In this document: positions 51,684 through 61,827 of the stretch, in pieces
Layout of the letters: each line of letters begins with the position of its first letter
How positions within the stretch are numbered: position 1 is the stretch's first letter
From: an uncultured delta proteobacterium
Lineage (GTDB): Bacteria; Myxococcota; Myxococcia; SLRQ01
Direction of reading: 5' to 3'
NCBI GenBank assembly: GCA_963727485.1
Contig: CAVSGM010000001.1
Span: 736,001 to 800,000 of the forward strand
Length of the DNA: 64,000 nucleotides
The notes under the pieces: model-generated
The model's input: the letters and a program-made list of their open reading frames with translations, nothing else
Databases searched by the model: none
Told to the model about the DNA's origin: nothing
Made by a program: the position numbers and the translations under genes

Positions 51684-53959
51684 CCGACCTCGCAGAGCGC
51701 CTCGACCTGATGAGCCGCGCCACCGGCGACTCCGACGTCTGGCACCCCGAGCTCCTCGACGCCGCCGCCGTGAGAGCTGGCGTGATTGAGCGCCTCCTCG
51801 ACGCCGAGCTGGTCCAGGCGGTCCACGACACCCTGGAGGACCAGCTCTGTGAGCTGATGGAGATCCGTAATCCCACCGAGGAGGACCCCGAGGCGCCTTC
51901 CTGGAGGAGGGCCCTGGCGTTCCTGCCCCTGGAGGCGCGGCGAGCTACGGGATCTGGGTCTACTACCCGTGGTCCCTGCAGCTGGTCCACTGCTCCTGCC
52001 GAAGGAGCCTACCGCGAGGTCCGGCTCTCCCGGAACCGCAACAAGATCACCCCGCGAGAGCAGGCCCGCCTGGGCACGCTGACCATCGGCGTCGCCGGGC
52101 TCTCGGTGGGCCAGGCCTCGGCCATCGCCCTGGCCATGGAGGGCATCGGTGGGCCTTCCGCCTCGCGGACTTCGACCGCCTCTCGCTCTCCAACCTCAAC
52201 CGGCTCCGCGGTGGGGTCGCGCGACCTGGGGGTCAACAAGGCGCGGCTCGCGGCCCGGGCCCTCTTCGAGATCGACCCGTACCTCGAGGTGGAGATCTTC
52301 CCCGAGGGCATCACCGCGGAGAACTACGAGGGCTTCCTCGACGGTCTCGACCTCCTCATCGAGGAGTGCGACGACCTCTACATGAAGCTCCGCCTCCGCG
52401 AGGGGGCCCGGGCCCGGCGGATCCCGGTGGTGATGGACACCAACGACCGGGGGCTCCTCGACGTCGAGCGCTTCGACCTCGAGCCGGAGCGGCCCATCCT
52501 CCATGGCCTGGTGGGCGACCTCGAGGCCGCACCCTCGAGCGGGCTGTCCACCGAGGACAAGGTGCCCTACGTCCTCGACATCGTCGGGGGGGCCGACGCG
52601 GTGTCCCCGCGCCTCGCCGCCTCGATGGTGGAGATCGGCAACACCCTGAACACCTGGCCCCAGCTCGCCTCCGACGTGCTCCTCGGGCGGCGCCTCTGCG
52701 CCGACGTCGCCCGGCGCATCGCCCTCGGGGGGATCTCGCGACTCGGGGCGCTTCTGCGTCGAGCTCGAGCAGCTGGTCGCCGACGGCCAGAGCGATCGAT
52801 GACTCCCGCCGAACCCGAGGCCGGCGCCCGTGACCGAGGTCCCCGACGGCGCCGGCGGTGGCGCCGGCGAGCGGCGCGAGCTCGCCCGGGAGCTCTCGCG
52901 GCCCTGGCCGGCTGCGGCGTCCTGGCGCCGTCCGGGGGGCAACTGCCAGCCTTGGCGGCTCGAGGCCCGGGGCGACCGGATCCGCTGCCATCCACGACGT
53001 GGCCCGCTCCGAGAGCTTCCTCGACTTCCAGCACCGCGCCAGCTACCTGGCCTTCGGGGCCCTGGCGGAGAACCTGCGCCATCGCCGCCTCCCAGCATGG
53101 GGCTGGCGGTGGAGGTCGAGCGCCTTCCCGCGAGGCCGGGGATCCCACCGTGGTCTGCGACCTCGAGCTCCAGCCGCGGAGGCCGGGGTGCGCGCCCGAT
53201 CCCCTCTTGAGCGTCCTCGCCGATCGCGCCACCAACCGGCGCCTGGGGACGCGTGTCCCTCTGGAGCCGGCGGCCCGCGGCGGCGCTCCGGAGGCCGCCG
53301 CGGCCCGCGGGCGGTACGCCTCCACCTCCTCGAGGAGCCGGAGGCGATGCGGCGGATGAGCGCCATCCTCGAGCGCGGGCGATCGCCTCCGCTTCCTCTC
53401 GCCGATCATGCACCGGGAGATGATGTGCGAGGTGCGATGGACCACCCGAGGAGGCCCTCCGCACCCGGGACGGGCTGGACGTCGGCACCCTGGAGCTCAG
53501 CCCCGCCGACCGCGCGGGGATGCAGGTGACCCGTGCTTTCCGGGTCATGGAGCTGGTGGGGCGCTTCGGCGGGGGCCAGGCCCTGGGCAAGCCCACGCGC
53601 AAGGCGGTGGAGGCGTCGTCGGCCCTGGGGCTGGTCACCTTCCCGGGCACGGGCGCCCGGCGACGCCTTCGCCGGTGGCCGGGCCCTGGAGCGGGTGTGG
53701 CTCACCGCCACCGCCCAGGGCCTCGCCTTCCAGCCCCTCACCGCCATCGTCTACCTCTTCAACCGCCTCGAGGCCGGCGGCGAGGGCCTGACCGAGGCGG
53801 AGCGCGCCGAGCTGACCGAGCTGCGGGCCGCGTGGCGCGAGCTGCTCCCCACCCCCGAGGGCCACTCGGAGATGATGCTCTTCCGGCTCGCCCAGGCGCC
53901 GCCGCCCACGGTCCGCGCCCTGCGCCGGCCCGGTGGAGGACGTGCTCAGCTTCGCGTGA
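51680..53959 (+). CDS. ThiF-nitroreductase di-domain enzyme (Rv1355c/MoeY, OxzB-like); many frameshifts
   Basis: WVYYPW, RNRNKIT...IGVAGLSVG, LADFDRLSLSNLNRL, IEECDD, DRGLLDVERFDLEP, TWPQLASDV; then LAPSGGNCQPW, RATNRR, GGRALERVWLTATAQGLAFQP. Confidence 0.85.
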
Positions 53960-54676
53960 CCCGGCCCCCGAGCTCGTCCTCCCAGAGGGCGATGCCCCCG
54001 AGGATGCCCAGGTCGTTGGAGACGGTCTGGACGTCCTCGGGGAGCTCGAAGTCGAGGTGCTCGGCGTTGCCGCCGCCGATGTAGAGGCGGTCGAAGTTCA
54101 CCAGGCTCCGGAGGATCCGAAGGACCTTCTCCACCCGGTGGTTCCACTTCTCGTTGCCCTTCTTCTTCCGGGCGTGGTCGCCGAGGTAGTCGTTGTAGGT
54201 CTTGCTTCTTGTGGACCGGGTGGTGGGCGAGCTCGAGGTGGGGCATGAGCTCGCCGTCCCGGAAGAGCGCCGAGCCGAAGCCGGTGCCCAGGGTGATCGA
54301 CCATCTCCAGGCCCTCGCCCTTCACCGCGGCGAGGCCCTGCATGTCGGCGTCGTTGAGGATCCGGGTGGGGCGGTCGAGGCGCGCCTTCAGCGCCCCGGC
54401 GAGATCGAAGCCGGCCCAGACCTCGTTGCCGAAGTGGGGGGCGGTGACGACGGTGCCGCCGCGCACCACCCCGGGGAAGCCCACGGAGATGCGCCCGTAG
54501 TCCGGGAGGCCGTCGACGAGCCCCACCAGGGCGTCCACCAGGACCTTCGGGGGGCAGGGGTAGGGCGTCTTCACCCGGACCCGGTCGTGGAGCATCTTCC
54601 CTTCGGCGTCGAGGACCGAGGCCTTGAGGCCGGTGCCGCCGACGTCGATGGCGAGGGTGGGGCGGGGGTCAGGCAT
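53946..54676 (-). CDS. ROK family kinase (polyphosphate glucokinase-like); frameshifts near 54300 and 54210
   Basis: AIDVGGTGLK, VGFPGVV, LNDADMQG, LGTGFGSAL, PHLELAHHP, LYIGGGN. Confidence 0.88.
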
Positions 54677-54688
54677 CGGCTCATGGTA

Positions 54689-56578
54689 TCAGTCCCGGGG
54701 CCGGTCGAGGCGGTCCTCGGGGCGCTCGGGGAAGGTGGCGGTGAGCCGGTAGACCCCCTCCTCGAGCTGGGAGCGGATCTTGAGGCCGCTCTCGTGGAAC
54801 ACCCCGAGCATCAGCCGGTTGTCGGCGAGCACGTCGGCGGTGAACCCGCGCAGGCCCCGGTCCCGGGCGATCTCCGAGAGCCGGCGCAACAGCAGGCTGC
54901 CGATGCGCTTGTTCTGCCAGTCGTCGCGGACCACGAAGGCGATGTCGGCGAGCCGCGTCGCCGGGTCCACGTCGTAGCGGGCCACGGCGATGATCTCCCG
55001 GTCCTCCTTGCCCTCGGGGGTGACCACCAGCGCCATGTTGCTCTCGAAGTCGAGGTCGACGAGGTGCTGGAGCTCCTCGTGGGGGTGGCGCGCCTTGAAG
55101 CTCATGAACCGCCGGTAGGTGCTCTCGTCGGAGAGGCGGTAGAAGAGGTCCTGGAGCGGCTCCTCGTCGGTGATCCGCGCCGGACGGACCATGATCTTCT
55201 CGCCGCCGGGGAGGGTGGCGGTGCTTGCGCCTCCTCCCAGGGGTAGCTCGCCCGGGGGACGACCTGGTCGGGGAAGACGTAGCGCCGGTGCTTGGCCCGG
55301 GCGAGGAGCTCGGCCCGGTGATCGGGGTGGGCGATCTCGATGAGGGCCATGGCCCGCTGGCGGATGTTCTTCCCCCAGAGGTCGGCGATGCCGTACTCGG
55401 TGACCACGTAGTGGACGTCGCCGCGGCTGGTGACCACCCCGGCGCCCTCCTCGAGGGCCGCCTGGATGCGGCTGACCTCGCCGTCCTTGGCGGTGGAGGG
55501 CAGGGCGACGATGGCCTTGCCCCCGTGGCTCCGCGCGGCGCCGCGGATGAAGTCGACCTGGCCGCCGATGCCCGAGAAGAACCGCCCCATGAGGGTGTCG
55601 GCGGCGACCTGGCCGGTGAGGTCCACGGCGAGCGCCGAGTTGATGGCGACGAAGCAGTCGTGGCGGGCGATGTTGAAGGGGTCGTTGGTGAAGTTCGAGG
55701 GCCGCATCTCCACCGCCGGGTTGTCGTCGACCCAGTCGTAGAGCTTGCGGGTCCCCATGACGAAGGAGGTGACCATCTTCCCCGGCAGGAGCTTCTTCTT
55801 CTTCCCGGTGATGACCCCGGCCTCGTAGAGGTCCATGACCCCGTCGGAGAGCATCTCGGTGTGGACGCCCGAGGTGGTGGCGGTCGGTGAGGGCCTCCAT
55901 CACCGCGTCGGGGATGCCGCCGATGCCCGTCTGCAGCGTGGCGCCGTCGGGGATGAGGCTCGCCACGTGGCCGCCGATGGCCCGGGTCACCTCGTCGAGC
56001 TCGCCGTGCTTGAGCTCCGGCAGCGGGCTGTCCACCGGGACCAGGTGGTCGATGTGGTCCACGTGGAGGAAGGCGTCGCCCAGGGTCCGGGGCATCTGCG
56101 GGTTGACCTCGGCGATGATGAGGTCGGCGGCCTGCACCCCGGCGCGGACCACGTCCACCGAGACCCCGAGGCTCACGTAGCCGTGGCGGTCCGGGGGCGA
56201 GACCTGGATCAGCGCCACGTCGATGCGCATCCGCCGGCTGCGGATGAGCTCGGGGATCTCCGAGAGGAAGACGGGCATGAAGTCGGCCCGGCCCTCCTGC
56301 ACCGCCTCCCGGACGTTGGCGCCGATGAAGAACGCGGTGTGCCGGAAGCGCCGCTCCAGCCCCGGGGCCACGTAGGGCGCCGGCCCCAGGGTGAGGAGGT
56401 GGACGATCTCGTTGTCGGAGAGGTGGCCCCCGAAGGTGACCAGGCCCTCCACCAGGCTCCCGGGCACCGCGGCCCCGGAGCCGATGAGGATCCGCCGCCC
56501 CCGGGGCACGGCCTTGATGGCCTGCTCCACCGAGCAGATCTTCGAGGCAAAGGCTTGCTGCCAGGCGGCGTCGGCCAT
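54689..56578 (-). CDS. Acetyl-CoA hydrolase/transferase fused to a C-terminal GNAT domain; two compensating frameshifts (~55870, ~55225)
   Basis: SPPDRHGYVSLG, GATLQTGIGGIP, HTEMLSDG, SGIGGQVDFIRGA, VVTEYG; GNAT YRRF...VARY...AFVVRDDWQNKRIG. Confidence 0.9.
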   Translation of the reverse strand: MADAAWQQAFASKICSVEQAIKAVPRGRRILIGSGAAVPGSLVEGLVTFGGHLSDNEIVHLLTLGPAPYVAPGLERRFRHTAFFIGANVREAVQEGRADFMPVFLSEIPELIRSRRMRIDVALIQVSPPDRHGYVSLGVSVDVVRAGVQAADLIIAEVNPQMPRTLGDAFLHVDHIDHLVPVDSPLPELKHGELDEVTRAIGGHVASLIPDGATLQTGIGGIPDAVMEALTDRHHLGRPHRDALRRGHGPLRGRGHHREEEEAPAGEDGHLLRHGDPQALRLGRRQPGGGDAALELHQRPLQHRPPRLLRRHQLGARRGPHRPGRRRHPHGAVLLGHRRPGRLHPRRRAEPRGQGHRRPALHRQGRRGQPHPGGPRGGRRGGHQPRRRPLRGHRVRHRRPLGEEHPPAGHGPHRDRPPRSPGRAPRPGQAPALRLPRPGRPPGELPLGGGASTATLPGGEKIMVRPARITDEEPLQDLFYRLSDESTYRRFMSFKARHPHEELQHLVDLDFESNMALVVTPEGKEDREIIAVARYDVDPATRLADIAFVVRDDWQNKRIGSLLLRRLSEIARDRGLRGFTADVLADNRLMLGVFHESGLKIRSQLEEGVYRLTATFPERPEDRLDRPRD

Positions 56579-56585
56579 GTCGCTC

Positions 56586-58250
56586 CTAGGGGTTCCGGGT
56601 GAGGGTCTCGAGACGCTCGAGGTAGGCGGCGTCCCGGTCGGCGGGGGGCCCCAGGCGCCGGTCGAGGAAGTGGTCGAGGGTGGCCGCGTCGGTGCCGTCC
56701 GCGTGCATCGCCGCCGCCCAGGTGATCCAGGCCATCCGGTCGCCGATGGGCCGCATGCGCAAGGTAGCCACTGCCTCGTCGGCGGCCAGCACCTCCTCCA
56801 GCTCCTTCATCGTCTCCTCCACCGCCGACCTGAGCCGCTTGTGGTCCTTCACCATCGACTCGAGGTGGCTGAAGAAGCCCTCGTGGACCCGGAGGCGCTT
56901 GCAGTCCCGGAGGACCTGCACCAGCAGCACGTTGTGGGTGCCCTCCCAGTTCTCGAAGACCACGTTGTCGCGCAGGAGGCGCGGGAGCACCGAGAAGGTC
57001 TCGATGGCGCCGTTGCCCCCGAGGATCTCGATGGCCGAGAGCACCACCTCGTGGGAGCTCTGGGCCGAGCGGGTCTTGTTGAGGTTGAGGGCCACCCGGA
57101 AGAAGGCGCGCTCGGTGTCGGTGGCCTCGCCGGCCTCCATCCGGTCCATGAGCTGCACCAGGTAGAAGGTGCCCGAGAGGGTGCCCAGGGTCTCGGCGCG
57201 CATGTCCGCCAGGGTCTCCTTGACCATCGGGTACTGGAGGATGCTGCCGCCGAAGGCCTGGCGGTGGCGGGCGTAGCTGTGGGCCACGTAGGAGGCGCGC
57301 CGGGCGATGGCGGTGGTCCCCACGGCGTTGAAGATCCGCGAGGTGTTGATGACGTAGGTCATCATGTTCTTGAACCCGTCGGCGACCGGCCCGAGGTTCC
57401 AGGCGAGCGCCCCCTCGAAGTCGATCTCGCCGGAGGCCATGGTCCGGGTCCCCAGCTTCTCCTTGAGCCGGCGGATCTTGTAGCTGTTGTAGGCGCCGTC
57501 GGGGAGGTGCCGGGGCACCAGGAACAGCGCCAGGCCCCGGGTCCCCTCGCCGCTCCCCTCGGGGCGGGCGGTCATGAGGATGAGGTCGGCGGTGGCGTTG
57601 GAGCAGAACCACTTCTCGCCGGTGATCCGCCAGGTCCCGGGCACGCCCTTGACCGGCTCGGCGCGCACCGCGTTGGCGCCGACGTCGGAGCCGCCCTGGA
57701 CCTCGGTGAGGAACTGGGCCCCGTGGGCCAGGTGGTCGTAGTCGGTGGACAAGAGCCGCCCGAGGAAGCGCTCCTTCATGTCGGGGGTGGCCAGCGCCAG
57801 CATCGACTTGATGATCCCCGCGGTGCAGGCGATGGGGCAGTTGTGCCCCGCCTCGCCGTTGAGGGACGAGAGGAAGCCGAAGGCCTGGGACTCGAGGTTG
57901 TGGGCGGGCCGGCCCAGCCGCGCCAGCACCCCCGACCCGTAGATGTAGCGCCCGGCCTCGTGGTAGGCGGGGTGGAACTCCACGGCCTCCTGCCGGCTCC
58001 CGTAGGGGCCCCAGCGGTCGAGGCGCGGGAGGTTGTGGGGCAGGTCGTTGACCCGGATCGCCGCGTCCACCGGGCCCGCGGCCTCGGCCCCGAAGCGCTC
58101 GAGGTCGGGGGTGAGCTCGGCGAGGCGCTCGGCGCCCATCCAGCGGCCCACCACCCGCCGGAGCTCGGCGTCGAAGGTCCAGTAGTTTGCCGGCTGGTCC
58201 TCGCCGAAGGCGATGAGGTCGGCGCGTCCTTGATTGTTGTCGTAGCTCAC
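56586..58250 (-). CDS. Acyl-CoA dehydrogenase, AidB-like
   Basis: VEFHPAYH, TEVQGGSDV, ITGEKWFCS, RLKEKLGTR, GGNG, WEGTHNV. Confidence 0.9.
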   Translation of the reverse strand: MSYDNNQGRADLIAFGEDQPANYWTFDAELRRVVGRWMGAERLAELTPDLERFGAEAAGPVDAAIRVNDLPHNLPRLDRWGPYGSRQEAVEFHPAYHEAGRYIYGSGVLARLGRPAHNLESQAFGFLSSLNGEAGHNCPIACTAGIIKSMLALATPDMKERFLGRLLSTDYDHLAHGAQFLTEVQGGSDVGANAVRAEPVKGVPGTWRITGEKWFCSNATADLILMTARPEGSGEGTRGLALFLVPRHLPDGAYNSYKIRRLKEKLGTRTMASGEIDFEGALAWNLGPVADGFKNMMTYVINTSRIFNAVGTTAIARRASYVAHSYARHRQAFGGSILQYPMVKETLADMRAETLGTLSGTFYLVQLMDRMEAGEATDTERAFFRVALNLNKTRSAQSSHEVVLSAIEILGGNGAIETFSVLPRLLRDNVVFENWEGTHNVLLVQVLRDCKRLRVHEGFFSHLESMVKDHKRLRSAVEETMKELEEVLAADEAVATLRMRPIGDRMAWITWAAAMHADGTDAATLDHFLDRRLGPPADRDAAYLERLETLTRNP

Positions 58251-59950
58251 TTGAGCATCCCCTGGTGGGCCTCGGCGAGGGCGTCGAGGGCGGTTCGGGC
58301 CCGGGCGGCGGCGTCGGCGAAGGGCTCGCCCTCGGCCACCGGCTCGCGGACCTCATAGTACGACTTCAGCTTGGGCTCGGTCCCCGAGGGCCGCAGGATC
58401 ACCCGGCGGTCGCCCTCGAGGCGGTAGATGAGGACGTCGGAGGGGGGCAGCCCCATCGCGCCCTCGGCGAGGTCCTGGTAGTCGACCACCGCGTAGCCGC
58501 CGATGGCCCGGGGCGGGTCGGCGCGGAAGCGGGCGAGGAGGGCCTTCATGGTCTCGAGGCCCTCGGCGCCGGGGAGGACCCGGCTGCGCTGCTCGGTGAG
58601 GTAGAAGCCGAAGCGCCGGTAGACGTCCTCCAGGAGCCCGGACACGGTGCGATCCTGGCGCTTCAGCCAGGCGGCGAGCTCGGCGAAGAGGGTGACGGCG
58701 CTGATGCCGTCCTTGTCCCGGACCAGCTCGCCCACGCAGTAGCCCAGCGCCTCCTCGTAGCCGAACACGAAGCGGCTCCCGTGGTCGCGGGAGTGGTCCA
58801 TGGCGGCGTTGGCGATCCACTTGAAGCCGGTGAGGGTCGTCAGGCAGGTGACCCCCAGGGCCTCGGCCATCCGCCCCAAGAGCTGGCTCGACACCAGGCT
58901 CGAGGCCACGGTGCGGGTGCCCTCGCCGGCGCCCTCGGTGACGAGGTAGTAGGCCAGCAGCGTCCCCACCTGGTCGCCGGTGAGCAGCTTCCACCCGCCC
59001 GGGCCCGGGAGCGCCACCGCCAGGCGGTCGGCGTCGGGGTCGTTGGCGCAGGCGAGGTCGGCGCCCACCTCCTCGGCGAGCGCCAGGACCAGATCCATGG
59101 CGCCCTCCTCCTCGGGGTTGGGGAAGCGCACGGTGGGGAAGGCGGCGTCGGGCTCGCGCTGGGCGGCGACGGTGTGGACCTGGGTGTACCCCGCGCGCTT
59201 CAGGGCCGCCTCGGCGAGCTCGGCGCCGACCCCGTGCATCGGGGTGTAGGCGACCGTGAGGTCGGTGCCGTCCGCGGCCTCGGGGTGGACCCGGAGCGCC
59301 ATCACCCCGTCGAGGTAGCGCTGCTTCATCTCCTCGCCGAGGTCGATGAGGCGCCCGTCGGCCCGGGCGGCCTCGAGGTCGCCGAGGGGGATGTCGGCCA
59401 CCGCCTCGATGGCCGCGGCGATGCCGGTGTCCTGGGGCGGGATGATCTGGGCGCCGTTGGGGGCGTAGACCTTGTAGCCGTTGTACTCGGGGGGGTTGTG
59501 GCTGGCGGTGACCATCACCCCGCAGGCGGCGCCGAGATCCCGGGTGGCGAAGGCGGTGAGGGGGGTGGGGACGGTGCCGGTGGCGAGGTGCACCTGGTAG
59601 CCGAGGCCCAGGAACACCCGGGCGGTGTCCTCGGCGAACACCCGGCTCCCGGTGCGGCCGTCGTAGCCGATGACCACCCCGCGGGCCCGGGCGTCGTCGA
59701 GCGAGGCGGCGTAGTAGGCGCCGACCCCGGCGCTCACCTGCCGGACCATCAGGCGGTTCATCCTCTGGGGGCCGGCCCCCAGGGTGCCGCGGATCCCCGC
59801 GGTGCCAAACGCCAGCCGCCCCTCGAACCGGGCGCGGAGGACGGCCTCGTCGCCGGCCTCGAGGAGGGCCTCGGCCTCGGCGCGGGTCTCGGGATTGGGG
59901 TCGGCGTCACGCCAGGCGCGGACGCGGTCGAAGAGCTCGTCGCGGGTCAT
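58247..59950 (-). CDS. Phospho-sugar mutase (PGM/PMM)
   Basis: FGTAGIRG, TASHNP, DPDADR, GYEEALG, RPSGTEPKLK. Confidence 0.95.
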   Translation of the reverse strand: MTRDELFDRVRAWRDADPNPETRAEAEALLEAGDEAVLRARFEGRLAFGTAGIRGTLGAGPQRMNRLMVRQVSAGVGAYYAASLDDARARGVVIGYDGRTGSRVFAEDTARVFLGLGYQVHLATGTVPTPLTAFATRDLGAACGVMVTASHNPPEYNGYKVYAPNGAQIIPPQDTGIAAAIEAVADIPLGDLEAARADGRLIDLGEEMKQRYLDGVMALRVHPEAADGTDLTVAYTPMHGVGAELAEAALKRAGYTQVHTVAAQREPDAAFPTVRFPNPEEEGAMDLVLALAEEVGADLACANDPDADRLAVALPGPGGWKLLTGDQVGTLLAYYLVTEGAGEGTRTVASSLVSSQLLGRMAEALGVTCLTTLTGFKWIANAAMDHSRDHGSRFVFGYEEALGYCVGELVRDKDGISAVTLFAELAAWLKRQDRTVSGLLEDVYRRFGFYLTEQRSRVLPGAEGLETMKALLARFRADPPRAIGGYAVVDYQDLAEGAMGLPPSDVLIYRLEGDRRVILRPSGTEPKLKSYYEVREPVAEGEPFADAAARARTALDALAEAHQGMLK

Positions 59951-59996
59951 GCGGGGGACCATAGCCAGAGGTCCGGGCGGTGGCTAGACTTGGGCC

Positions 59997-60239
59997 ATGG
60001 GAACCATCATCACCCCGTCCGAGACCATGAAGCGTGCGGTGCGGTGGATCTCCGAGCAGCGCCGGGGGCGCCCGGGGGCCAGGCTCTTCGACCTGGTGTC
60101 CGAGGCCGGGACCCGCTTCGATCTCTCCCCCAGCGAGGAGGAGGGGCTCTTCGCCTTCCTCAAGGCCGGCGACGTGCCCAAGCCGTCCGAGGCGGCGCCA
60201 CCGTCCGCCCCCACGCTCAAGGACCAGCCCAAGCGCTGA
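59997..60239 (+). CDS. Small hypothetical protein
   Basis: KRAVRWISE...EAGTRFDLSPSEE; GC3-rich codons; -10 hexamer just upstream. Confidence 0.7.
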   Translation: MGTIITPSETMKRAVRWISEQRRGRPGARLFDLVSEAGTRFDLSPSEEEGLFAFLKAGDVPKPSEAAPPSAPTLKDQPKR

Positions 60240-60292
60240 CCCACCACGCCGGCATGGCCCTGGCGACGCCGGTGGTCTAGGATGCCGCCACC

Positions 60293-60706
60293 ATGGCCCA
60301 CTGGCTGGTGAAACAGGAGCCGACCGCCTACGCCTTCGCGCAGCTGGTCGCGGACAAGAAGACCTGCTGGGACGGGGTCCGCAACTACCAGGCGCGCAAC
60401 AACCTGGCGTCCATGCACAAGGGCGACCGGGTCCTCTACTACCACTCGGTCAACGAGAAGCAGGTGGTGGGGGTCGCCCAGGTGGTGAAGGAGGCCTACC
60501 CCGATCCCACCACCGAGGACGACCGGTGGGTGGCCGTGGATCTCAAGGCGGTCAAGGCCCTGAAGACCCCGGTGACCCTCGACGACATCAAGGGCGATCC
60601 GAAGCTCGAGGACATCGCCCTGGTGCGCCAGAGCCGGCTGTCGGTGATGCCGCTGACCGAGGCCGAGTACCTGCGGATCCTCGAGCTCGGGGGCACCCGG
60701 GCCTAG
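60293..60706 (+). CDS. EVE domain protein
   Basis: WLVKQEP, WDGVRNYQARN, GDRVLYYHS, AYPDPT, RLSVMP. Confidence 0.93.
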   Translation: MAHWLVKQEPTAYAFAQLVADKKTCWDGVRNYQARNNLASMHKGDRVLYYHSVNEKQVVGVAQVVKEAYPDPTTEDDRWVAVDLKAVKALKTPVTLDDIKGDPKLEDIALVRQSRLSVMPLTEAEYLRILELGGTRA

Positions 60707-60719
60707 CCCGCGGTCCCGG

Positions 60720-61655
<936 letters not shown>

Positions 61656-61708
61656 GCCGCCAACCATAGGGCCCGCCCTCGCGCGCGAGAGGTCCCCACC
61701 CCCCGGCA

Positions 61709-61790
61709 TGACCGAAGCATGACCACCCCGGACAGGGCGGCTGACCGAACCGTGACCGCGTCCCCGGTTGACCCTGACCGAACCGTGACA
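61709..61790. promoter_or_regulatory. Three TGACC-N6-TGAC boxes at exact 33-bp period upstream of the desaturase
   Basis: TGACCGAAGCATGACC (61709), TGACCGAACCGTGACC (61742), TGACCGAACCGTGACA (61775). Confidence 0.7.
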
Positions 61791-61827
61791 ATCGCCCCGG
61801 CGACGGCCAGCGCGGGGTCCCGCCGGC

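Noticed and set aside
61709..61807. 33-bp periodic repeat as a mini-CRISPR
   Set aside because: 16-bp repeats and 17-bp spacers are too short, there are only three units, and no cas genes are present.
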